From: the human T2T-CHM13v2.0 reference genome, Homo sapiens | Direction: 5' to 3' (one strand) | DNA: 64,000 nt | NCBI RefSeq assembly: GCF_009914755.1 | Contig: NC_060933.1 | Part shown: positions 49,289 to 64,000 of the stretch, piece by piece | Layout: each line of letters opens with the position of its first letter | How positions within the stretch are numbered: position 1 is the first letter of the stretch | The notes under the pieces: generated by a model | What the model was told of the DNA's origin: nothing | Seen by the model: the letters and a program-made list of their open reading frames with translations, nothing else | The model's database searches: none | Program-made: the position numbers and the translations under genes

Positions 49289-52200
49289 GTAAGTAACTCC
49301 ATTGTTTTCCTTTGGGAATTGGGAATTGTAGTCATTATTATTTATTTTGTCTTCCCAGAAAAGATTAAAACACAAGAATACAAATCTTTCTACTCTATCA
49401 TAATATGATATTTTGAGTACCTCTGTTTATCTTTTAGCTGCCTGATGAGATGGCAGAAACCCCTGTAGTAATTATCTTTAACCACAGTCATCCTGAAAAA
49501 TACAAAATAGATGCTCCCAATGGGTTGTTCATGGGTTAAGCACATGTTTATGCTCTTGCGAGTGTTATATCTCATTCTCTTTCTTCTTCCTTTCCAATCT
49601 CAATCTTTTTTTGCCTTGCCTCTCCTTTTTTCTTCTTTCTTCTAACCCACTTCTCTTTTCTTCCTTTATTCTCTTTTTCTACCTACTTTCATGTTTCATT
49701 ACTTCCATCAATCCAGAGGAACATAGAAACACCAAACAACCTTAACACTGTAGAATTTAAAGAAAACCATCATGGTGTAATTAAGCATCCCATGTTTTAA
49801 AGAAAATTCAGGGACCTCATATCTTAAAGATAGCTACTGGGATTCAGGATTGAATGGTAATCATAACCCCAAAGATCAAATGGCAGCATGGCTCCTCCAG
49901 GGTTTGTGCAAAAATTGATCTTCAATCATGCCAAGGCAGCAGTACAGAGCCACCTATTTCTTATTATTTAGTGTTGTTTAGATACAGACCTGTAAATTAC
50001 AAGAAGAAAATTATAGGCTATAAACAAAGAAGAGGATGGGAGGGGATATGGTAGCATTTTCTGTAAAATTCAGTTTCACTGAAAGGCTTCACTTCAGTTG
50101 GTTCCTTGAGCATTTCTGATTTCCTCCACTGTGATTGTTCCTGGGTTTCCACAAAGCCATCTATCGTCTGTCCTTTCTCCCCTCCCACACAAATGCCTGT
50201 GAAACCAATTTAGATAGCAAGTAGTATTTTTTAGTAGTTGGATTATGAATGAAATCACGCTAAAAAGGCAAACAAGAGGAAGACAAATTGAAGCCCATAA
50301 AAGTCAAGATAGCCTACAGTAGTCTTTCTAGATATAAAAATAAATACATGTCATGGAAGAGGTGGGATTTGAAAGGCCTTGTGAAGTAAAAGAATAAGTA
50401 AGGTACAGTTCAGGCAAAACCAGAAAATGATGATTAAGTCACCTTCTATGGATTCAAGTTTGTTTCTAATCCTGAACAACCCTGTAAAATACAGTGTTCA
50501 CATGTCAAAAGATAATGTATGTGTGTGTATTATTACCACTCAAATGATTCATTTTTCCCCATTTGAGAACTGGAGAGGGCTAACTGTCCACTAACTCTCC
50601 ACTCAACTAACTCTCCACTCAAAAATAGTACTTTTGTGAGCAGTAACAGATACTGAAATAAAATATTCAGGCCAAGAACATCACCAAGTGGGGGACTGAC
50701 TCTTCATTGCGGAAGAAAGAACCCATAGGAGTAGATTTAAGAGGGAAATTTATTTTTATAAATGTATTAGTCTCATAGATTTCATAATTATGTGATCACA
50801 AAGAAGCTGAAGAATTGGCCTTGTTTGATTTAATTATCCTAAAGATTTGATGAAAAGCAAACTGGAACCTGCTTTTTTCTCCCAACAAACATACTATTGG
50901 TAGCATATGTATAGCTAAATCATTTTTCCTTGTGTGTTCTTTTTTTGTATTTGAAATATAATTCAGCAAAATGAATGTGGGAGTGAAAGATACCCTGTTT
51001 CTCTTTTGCTCTTCACTCCCAGAAGCTGGTACAGTGTGAAACCAACCTTAAATATTTTGGACCAAACCAGAATAAGATGAGGCAATCTAGTCTGCCCCCT
51101 TGGCTCATCTTTAATTAGAGGTACCTTGAGAAGGACAGCTGTAAGCCTCTTGATAAAATGGAATCAGATGCTCAGATCAGGCCTACAACTGCAAGATTTT
51201 CCCAAAACTAAGTTAATTGATGTCCTAGAAATATTTCTACAAGTGCCTGTGAGGCAGTTTGAGGAATGAAGGCTGGAGGAAGGAGATTTAGTGCAGTTGC
51301 TTTCCCCTGATGACAACAACGTGATTTCCTCCCTGCAATATTCCTTTAATGTGCCCTGTATTTTTCGGTGGGATCCCCTCTGTTCTGGGGCAAGGGAGTG
51401 AAGCCTGGCCTACTCCAGAAGAAAGTCTCCACAGACTTCATTTGAGAATCACTGGGCATTTAATTGAACACCAAGGTTTTCCAGTTGTTGATATTCTTTG
51501 CAATAGAGAACTACAAGTAGACCCCCTCTACAATAATGTAATACAAGTACTTTAGGTACTTGAGTGCCTCCAGAGACCTTAAAATTGTTTTAACCCAGAG
51601 CCCCATCCAAGCACTCCATTTTTCTGCTGAGGAATCTCTGCCAAAACCAAACGTTCTTGTCAAGTTTTGGAACCCATTAGCCTTAGTCCATCCATCTTTC
51701 TTCGTGCAACATAACAGACAGTTGTTCTAAATCACCCCTCAGTCACATGAGAACTTAGTCTTCTCTGAATCACACAACATAATTACCATCATCCCCAGCA
51801 TGCTCTGATTTTCTACAACAAAACATGCTTCATAGGCTTTGTCATTGGCCAAATCTGGATTTGAATGCTCCAGAAATCAAGGTTTTTTTTCTATCTCAAG
51901 CAGTTATGAAATACCTTATATATGCATAAAGCTGAACTAAGTATCAAAATGGATTTTAAAAAGAAAATACTGAAAATGATAGTTCTTGTTCTTACATCAC
52001 TATCGTTTCTTCATTTTGAGCAATAGCATCAGTGCAGTAAGTAACCAGAAAGTATAAATAAACACAGGCTAATGCACGAATATAAAGTCATACGGGTACT
52101 GAGGCAACTCAGAGATACACCCTGGATCTTGTAGAGCAAAAAGAAAACTGGAGGGTATCCTAGGCTGAGGGCCATCAAGATTGAAGTCAAAAAGAGACAT

Positions 52201-52524
52201 ATGAGAATTGGTTTAGTCAAAGGAATAGGGTTGCAGTAAAGCGGGATGCCCAAATAACATCATCTGGAGAGTCAAAGATTTTTTTGACAGGAACCCTTGA
52301 ATGCCTGGCTAATGACTTTTGAAATAATTTCAACTCCAGCATAAATTCCTATGTGACTCAGCAGTGCCTGTATAGTTTGTTGATATCACAATTTCAATTT
52401 TGTCAGCTATATAAAGAATGATGTGTCTCCCTTACCTAGCTCTAAACATTGTTGCATGAAATGTGCTTGCCTGTGGTTGCCCTAGGAACATCTTTCTCTC
52501 ATCTTCACGTGTTTGATCATATAG

Positions 52525-52682
52525 ATCTGGAAACCAAAACCCTCCAGGGGACTAAAGGTGAAAACAGTCTCAGCTCCACAGGAACTTTCCTTGTGGACAA
52601 TTCTAGTGTGGACTTCCAGAAATTTCCAGACAAAGAGATACTGAGAATGGCTGGACCACTCACAGCAGATTTCATTGTCAAG
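52525..52682 (+). CDS. ADAMTSL1: ADAMTSL1 internal coding exon (probably exon 7), 158 nt, phase 1-0; spacer domain
   Basis: Acceptor gatcatatag|AT, donor AAG|gtgagc; encodes (Y)LETKTLQGTKGENSLSSTGTFLVDNSSVDFQKFPDKEILRMAGPLTADFIVK with an N-S-S glycosylation sequon. Confidence 0.97.
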
Positions 52683-53849
52683 GTGAGCCCTATTTAGATA
52701 CCTCCTTTTCAAGCCACATCCCAAATGATGTTACTTATAATTTCCTGAGCAGAGAGCGATTTTTGGTTCTGACATATGTTTGGAAAGCCCGTTTGTTACC
52801 CAGGAAATGTTTAATCTGAGGGTGTTGAGCTAGCTGCATCCTGGACCTTATGAGGACATATGATATTTCAAGGTCATAGAAAATCTTTATTATATAATTA
52901 ATACAATCTTTATTATGTAATTAATAAAATAACCCCACCTAAGAGGCCAATGTATCATAAGTTGGTGGCTATAGATTGTTTTTAAAATAGTTTGGATACA
53001 GTCATTGACTTATATAGGCTATCCTCAGTAAAAGAGAAAAACAAACTAATTATCCATCATCTTGGTCAACTGATCATTCTTCCAATGGCAAGCTCTGTTT
53101 TCTTTTGTGCTGGCAAGAAAACTAAGTTGTTTCCTTCTATCAGAGCTTCCCTAGTCTTCAAGGTAATATAAAACACATTGCTGGAAGCAACATGCACATT
53201 CTGCTGGAAAAGTGCACACACTAGAAGAACTTTTGGGAATCACAATAAAATAAAACATATTTTTTCCTTCAGTAGGTCAGGAGCACCTGAAGGATTTCAG
53301 CTGTAAAGCTGTAAAACTTGTAATGTGTCCAGGACTCCATAAATTTTTCATCATGGGACCTGGAGCCAGAGGACATTTGATTTAAGCTAAAGCTTGATGA
53401 CCCCATGGCAGCTGGAAGTAAGAATGCATATAGGAAAATGCAATAGGCAGTAAGGTTAGAGGGAGAAAGGTTCCAGAATACTGTCCTCCGTCTCCATCTG
53501 CATGGTAGTTCTTTTTAATCCAGTCCAGACGCCAGCCACATGAACGTGAGCAAGAAGCTACAAGCCATCCGAGGTAGCTCACAATAGAAATGATGCTGTA
53601 GGTAGTTAAATGATTTCTGTTAAGCAAGAAAATCCAGTAAAGAAGTGAAAGATGTCTTTATTCTTTGAAGCCCTTGGAGTACCATTAAATAGACCAAGTA
53701 TACTATAGTAATTTCCCTAGTGGCCTTGTGAGAGTTAATACACATACTGAAATTATATAACTGGATTCAAGCAATATTGCTTACATTGGAACAGCTCACA
53801 GCATTGTCAAATGTGTTACATCTATCCAGTTGCCTTCTGCACATCACTG

Positions 53850-54800
53850 CTTGAATAACCCATAGGCACAACAAGCCCGACATGCGTAAGTTTAACTTGA
53901 GCCCCAGAAACCTGCTTTATCATCTTTATTTTTTTAATCTTATAAATGAAGACACTGTCTGCCCAGGCAAATCAGAAACCTTTGATTCACCCTGATTTTC
54001 CCTTCTATATGCCACCGGTCAGACTTCATCCAAACTATCTCTCAACATTGGTTTTTCTCCTCCATCCTTGCTGCCACTGCGTTAGCGCAGGCCTTTACTT
54101 TTTCTCATCTGAACTAGTACCATGGACCCTGAGCTAGTTTACCAGCCTCTGATTTCATTGCCTATGTTACCTTCAGAGTGCGTTTCCTAAAATCCCTTTC
54201 CTAATCCTTCATAACCCCTCACCTTCACTCATTGCCTCTAGGTTAGAAGACAAATCCATAGCCACAGTATCTGCTACTCTGGTTTAGCTGGATTGTGCCC
54301 ACCTTTCCAATCTCACCTTTGACTTTTCCCCTTCTGTTTCAGACCTGAATGCCGGGCAGGTCCCCCAGCACCTTACACTCTCATAACTCATTACCTTTGC
54401 AGGATGCTGTGCCCTCTACCTGGAATGCTCTTATCTTGTCTTCTTCCATTCTCTTCACTACCTCTTATTTCTTCTTCAAGATCTCCTCCTTCCAGGAGTA
54501 TTCTTTGACTCTACCCCAAATTTCTGTCTGTATCTCCCCACCTCTGTGTTCCTTGAGAGAAGAAACTGAATTGTATTTGTCTTCATATCTCCATAAGAAG
54601 AACCTAATAAGCACTAACAACTGCTGGATAAATAAAGAATTTTTGCCACACAACAATTGTTTAAATAGAGCAGATGCTGACATCTCTATTATACCCACAA
54701 GGAAACTTAGCTTCAGGAAAGTTGAGTGACTTGCCTGAGTTCACACTGATGGGAAGCCAGCACTGAAAATCACATCTCTTTACTTCTGGTCCAGAACGCT
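53850..54800. mobile_element. L2 relic followed by MIR
   Basis: ctttgcaggatgctgtgccctctacctggaatgctctt (L2); aaggaaacttagcttcaggaaagttgagtgacttgcctgagttcacac (MIR). Confidence 0.6.
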
Positions 54801-55556
54801 TTTAATATTTTGTGTTGCTTCTAAGAGTATATATCTTTTTCTTCAGTGTTTCTTTAGAAAACACTGGGAATCAAATAAATGTAAAGTTATTCTAAGATAG
54901 ATTATGTAATTCTTAAATTAGTTTGCTTAAACTTTAAAATGAGCCAGATTATTGAAGTACGTACAGAAAAAAAGAAAAAAATTATCTTTTTTCTAGTACT
55001 TCGTAATGAAACAACTTTCTTTTCCCTAATTTTCCTCAGAGAAATAGCTGAAAACAAGATATTACTATTATTTATCAGTTTTCATGACTTAGCTTTTATA
55101 ATTATATATATCATATGAATTAAGCTTTCAGTAGCATTCAAAGTATAGTCTCTTTTGCATTATATATATAATACATATGTATAGTTGATTAATCAAATTC
55201 TCTTTATAGATTTAAATGGCCATGTACCTAAGTCTCAAACCAACCTCACCTTGACAAACGTCATTAGAAACACCAAAATCCATCTTCACAATCAGCAAAA
55301 TAGCATCATCCTTGAGATGGGGTCATTACCCTGGTGATCTGGTGGTATGAAGTCAGGTGATTCAGAAAGTGGAATAAACCAAACATACAGCAGAAAGCCA
55401 TCAGTGTGGTGCTTACACAGAGGCCATGACTATCTGGGTCTTCACAGAGAGCTATCCAACAGCTATTTGAAGATTTTTTTTTCCTCAAGGCATGGCAGGA
55501 TTTTATTTTTGAGATGTGGACATTCTCTTAAAACAGTGTAATTGAAACAAGTTCTC

Positions 55557-57545
55557 TTTTAATTTTTATTAATTTTTAATTGATGAGTAAAAACTAGATT
55601 CATCATATACAACATGTTTTCAAATATGTATACTTTGGGGAACAGCTGAACTGAGCTAATTAACATATGTGTTACTTCACATATTTATCAATTTTTTGTG
55701 TTGAGAACACTTAAAATCTATCTCTTGGCAACTTTCACAAATACAATACATTGTTATTAACTGCAGCCACCGTGTTGTAGGTAGATCTCCTGAACTTATT
55801 TCTCCTAACGAAATTTTGTATCTTTTGACCAACATTTCCCCCACAGTTCACTTCCACCCCAACCCCCTGGTAGCCAATATTCTACTCTGTGTTTCTATTA
55901 GGTCAATTGTTTTAGATTTGACACAGAAGTATTATTAATATCATGCAGTATTTGTCTTTCTGGGCCTAGCTTATTTCATTTAACATAATGTTCTCCAGGT
56001 TCATCCACATTGTCACAATGACAGGATTTTCTTCTTTTTTCAAAGCTGAATAGTATTCCATTGTGCATACATATTACATTTTGTTTATCTGTCTGTTGAT
56101 GAACACCTAGGTTGATTTCACATCTTGGCTGTTGTGACTAGTGCTGCAGTGAACACGAGAGTGTAGATATCTCTTCAACATACTGATTTCATTTCCTTCG
56201 AGTATATACCCAGGAGTGAGATTGCTGGATCATATGGTAGTTCTGTTTTTCAAATTTTTTTAGAAATCTTTATACTGTTTTCTACAATGGCTGAATCAAT
56301 TTACATTCCCACCCATAGTATCCAAGGGTTCCCTTTTCTCTACATCCGTGCCAATACTTACCTTTTGTCTTTTTGATAACAGCAATTCTATAAGGTGTAA
56401 GGTGATATTATAGTACTGAATGCCTTTCCCTGATGATTAATGATGTTGAGCATTTTTAAATATGCCTGTTGGCCATTTGTATGTCTTCTCTTGAGAAAAG
56501 TCTATTCAGATCCTTTGTTTATTTTTCAGTCAGATTGTTTTCTTGCTATTGAGTTGTTTGAGTTTCTTGTATATTTTGGGTATTAGCCCCTTATCAGAAG
56601 TGTGATTTGCAATTTTTTTTCCATTCTGTAGGTTGTCTCTTCACTCTGTTGATTGTTTCCTTCACTGTGCAGAAGCTTTTTAGTTTAATGTAATCCCATT
56701 TATCTATTTTTGCTTTTGTTGCCTGTACTTTTGGGTCATATTCAAAAAATTGCCCAGACCAATTGCAGATTGTCACCTATGTTTTCTTCTAGTAATTTTA
56801 TAGTTTCAGGTCTTACACTTAAGTCTTTAATCCATTTTAAGTTGATTTTTGTGTATAGTGTGAGATACGGGTCTGATTTTATTCTTCCACATATGGAAGT
56901 TTTTCCAAACACTACTGTCCTTTTCGCAGCAACTTTGTCAGAAAATCAATTGGCCTTAAATTTCTGAATTAACATCTGGGCTGTCTTCTCTTTCATTGGT
57001 CTATGTGTCTGTTTTTAGACTGGTACCATGTTGTTTTGATTACTATAGCTTTTCAGTAGATTTTGAAATCAGGTCGTATGATGCCTTTATCTTTTTTCTT
57101 TTTTGTTCTAGATTGCTTTGGCTATTTGGGGTATTTTGTGGTTCCATTTGAATTTTAGGGTTTTTTTTTCCATTTCTGTGAAAAATGTCATTGGAATTTT
57201 GATGGAGATTCCATTAAATCTGTAGATAGTGTTGGGTAGTACGGACATTTAACAATATAAATTCTTCCAATTCATAACACATGATATCTTTCCATTAATT
57301 TGTGTTTTCTTCAATTTTTTCATCAATCTTTTATAGTTTTCAGTGTCTTTCACTTTCTTGATTAAATTTACTCCTAAATATTGGGGGTTTTTGGTAGGTA
57401 TTATACCTGGGATTGTTTCATTAATTTCTTTTTTGAATGGTTTGATATTAGTGTATAGAAATGCTATTGATGTTTATATGTTGATTTTTTTATCCTGCAA
57501 CTTTACTGAATTTATTGATTAGTTCTAAAAGTTTTTTGGTGGATG
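55557..57545 (-). mobile_element. 5'-truncated L1MA-like 3' end (~2 kb)
   Basis: L1MA-type 3' UTR; ORF 56594-56776 ([32 protein letters not shown]). Confidence 0.85.
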
Positions 57546-57871
57546 CATTATATATTAATTTAAGCAGTGCATTGCTTTTTGAAAAAGATATTGCAGGAAT
57601 CAGAATGGCCACTTGTCAGTATCTCCATGGAATTTTATTTTTTTTATTTTTATTTTTTTAATTATTATTATACTTTAAGTTTTAGGGTACATATGCACAA
57701 TGTGCAGGTTAGTTACATATGTATACATGTGGCATGCTGGTGTGCTGCACCCATTAACTTGTCATTTGGTATTAGGTATATCTCCTAATGCTATCCCTCC
57801 CCCCTACCCCCACCCCACAACAGTCCCCAGAGTGTGATGTTCCCCTTCCTGTGTCCATGTGTTCTCATTGT

Positions 57872-61721
<3,850 letters not shown>

Positions 61722-61760
61722 TCATTAGTTGATGCAGTTTCTTCCTAGTCTTGATGGTCT

Positions 61761-62777
61761 TTACATTTTGGCATGATTTTGCAGCGGCTGGTACCGGTTG
61801 TTCCTTTCCATGTTTAGCACTTCCTTCAGGAGCTCTTTTAGGGCAGGCCTGGTGGTGACAAAATCTCTCAGCATTTGCTTGTCTATAAAGGATTTTATTT
61901 CTCCTTCACTGATGAAGCTTAGTTTGGCTGGATATGAAATTCTGGGTTGAAAATTCTTTTCTTTAAGAATGTTGAATATTGGTCCCCACTGTCTTCTGGC
62001 TTGTAGAGTTTCTGCCGAGAGATCCGCTGTTAGTCTGATGGGCTTCCCTTTGTGGGTAACCCGACCTTTCTCTCTGGCTGCCCTTAACATTTTTTCCTTC
62101 ATTTCAACTTTGGTGAATCTGACAATTATGTGTCTTGGAGTTGCTCTTCTCGAGGAGTACCTTTGTGGTGTTCTCTGTATTTCCTGAATCTGAATGTTGG
62201 CCTGCCTTGCTAGAATGGGGAAGTTCTCCTGGATAATATCCTGCAGAGTGTTTTCCAACTTGGTTCCATTCTCCCCATCACTTTCAGGTACACCAATCAG
62301 ACGCAGATTTGGTCTTTTCACATAGTCCCATATTTCTTGGAGGCTTTGTTCGTTTCTTTTTATTCTTTTTTCTCTAAACTTCCTTTCTCCCTTCATTTCA
62401 TTCATTTCATCTTCCCTGACTGATAACCTTTCTTCCAGTTGATTGCATCAGCTCCTGAGGCTTCTGCATTCTCCACGTAGTTCTCGCGCCTTGGCTTTCA
62501 GCTCCATCAGCTCCTTTAAGCACTTCTCTGTATTGGTTATTCTAGTTATACATTTGTCTAAATTTTTTTCAAAGTTTTCAACTTCTTTGCCTTTGGTTTG
62601 AATTTCCTCCTGTAGCTCGGAGTAGTTTGATCGTCTGAAGCCTTCTTCTCTCAACTCGTCAAAGTCATTCTCTGTCCAGCTTTGTTCCATTGCTGGTGAG
62701 GAGCTGCATTCCTTTGGATGAGGAGAGGTGCTCTGATTTTTAGAGTTTCCAGTTTTTCTGCTCTGTTTTCTCCCCAT
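61761..62777 (-). pseudogene. L1 ORF1 (338 codons) with a single premature stop
   Basis: 1017 nt in one frame; codon 110 is TGA (62448-62450), expected CGA, a CpG transition. Confidence 0.95.
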
Positions 62778-63813
62778 CTTTGTGGTTTTATCTACTTTTG
62801 GTCTTTGATGATGGTGATGTACAGATGGGTTTTTGGTGTGGATGTCCTTTCTGTTTGTTAGTTTTCCTTCTAACAGAGAGGACCCTCAGCTGCAGGTCTG
62901 TTGGAGTTTGCTAGATTTCCACTCCAGACCCTGTTTGCCTGGGTATCAGCAGCGGTGTCTACAGAACTGCAGATTTTCATGAACCTCAAATGCTGCTGTC
63001 TGATCGTTCCTCTGGAAGTTTTGTCTCAGAGGAGTACCCGGCCGTGTGAGGTGTCAGTCTGCCCCTACTGGGGGGTGCCTCCCAGTTAGGCTTCTTGGGG
63101 GTCAGGGGTCAGGGACCTACTTGAGGAGGCAGTCTGCCCATTCTCAGATCTCCAGCTGCGTGCTGGGAGAACCACTGCTCTCTTCAAAGCTGTCAGACAG
63201 GGACATTTAAGTCTGCAGAGGTTACTGCTGTCTTTTTGTTTGTCTGTGCCCTGCCATCAGAGGTGGAGCCTACAGAGGCAGGCAGGCCTCCTTGAGCTGT
63301 GGTGGGCTCCACCCAGTTCGAGCTTCCAGGCTGCTTTGTTTACCTAAGCAAGCCTGGGCAATGGCGGGTGCCCATCCCCAAGCCTCGCTGCCGCCTTGCA
63401 GTTTGATCTCTGACTGCTTTGCTAGCAATCAGTGAGACTCCGTGGGCGTGGGACCCTCTGAGCCATGTGCGGGATATAATCTCCTGGTGTGCCGTTTCCT
63501 AAGCCCATCGGAAAAGTGCAGTGTTTGGGTGGGAGTGACCCGATTTTCCAGGTGCCGTCTGTCACCCCTTTCCTTGGCCAGGAAAGGGAACTCCCTGACC
63601 CCTTGCACTTCCTGAGTGAGGCAATGCCTCGCCCTGCTTCGGCTCGTGCACAGCGCGCTGCACCCACTGACCTGCACCCACTGTCTGGCACTCCCTAGTG
63701 AGATGAACCCAGTACCTCAGATGGAAATGCAGAAATCACCCGTCTTCTGCGTAGCTCACGGTGGGAGTTGTAGACAGGAGCTGTTCCTATTCGGCCATCT
63801 TGGCTCCTCCCTC
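62778..63813. promoter_or_regulatory. L1 5' UTR: sense promoter (-) and antisense promoter (+), with truncated ORF0 at 63361-63435
   Basis: Intact YY1 site 'caagatggcc' on minus; + strand ATG GCG GGT GCC..= MAGAHPQASLPPCSLISDCFASNQ* is the ORF0 N-terminus. Confidence 0.8.
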
Positions 63814-64000
63814 CTCCATGGAATTTTATTGCCAAAATATCATTTTTGTTTCTTTAAAAGGAGAAGACTTTTTAGTGCAAAAGGAAGATTTTGTGACAGT
63901 GAGCAATTGTTATATATTGCCCTTAGTTCTAAAATAATGTTTTGGAATATCCTTCTCTTGCCACCTTTAAAACTAGACTGAATTCTCATCTTGCTTCCTA

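Noticed and set aside
52449-52697. 82-aa ORF as a standalone gene
   Set aside because: It is the ADAMTSL1 exon plus intronic read-through on both sides

Overview
Primate (hominoid-like, probably human) genomic DNA from inside a large-intron gene. Three short + strand coding exons (35518-35644, 49214-49288, 52525-52682) have canonical AG/GT ends and compatible phases. They splice into one 120-codon frame ([10 protein letters not shown]...GPLTADFIVK) that I recognise as the Cys-rich/spacer region of ADAMTSL1 (punctin-1); these are probably exons 5-7. The rest is intron dominated by transposable elements. There is a ~9.3 kb nested L1/Alu/Hsmar1 cluster at the start, a solo ERV1 LTR (LTR10B-like) with a p53-like site, several Alus (including a left-arm-only AluY, a FAM monomer and an orphan internal Alu fragment), and MIR/L2/MLT1 relics. 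A full-length, TSD-flanked, inactivated L1PA3/PA4 lies antisense to the gene at 57640-63813. Almost all ORF-track entries are L1/Alu-derived or chance ORFs. I found no convincing new biological system. The best leads are regulatory or structural: the antisense L1 (antisense promoter, gene-breaking, retained ZNF93-target segment), a pair of related L1 3' ends flanking an in-frame three-exon block, a Hsmar1 relic with a SETMAR-type TIR, and the LTR p53-like site. Repeat subfamily names come from recalled consensus sequences and need RepeatMasker confirmation.
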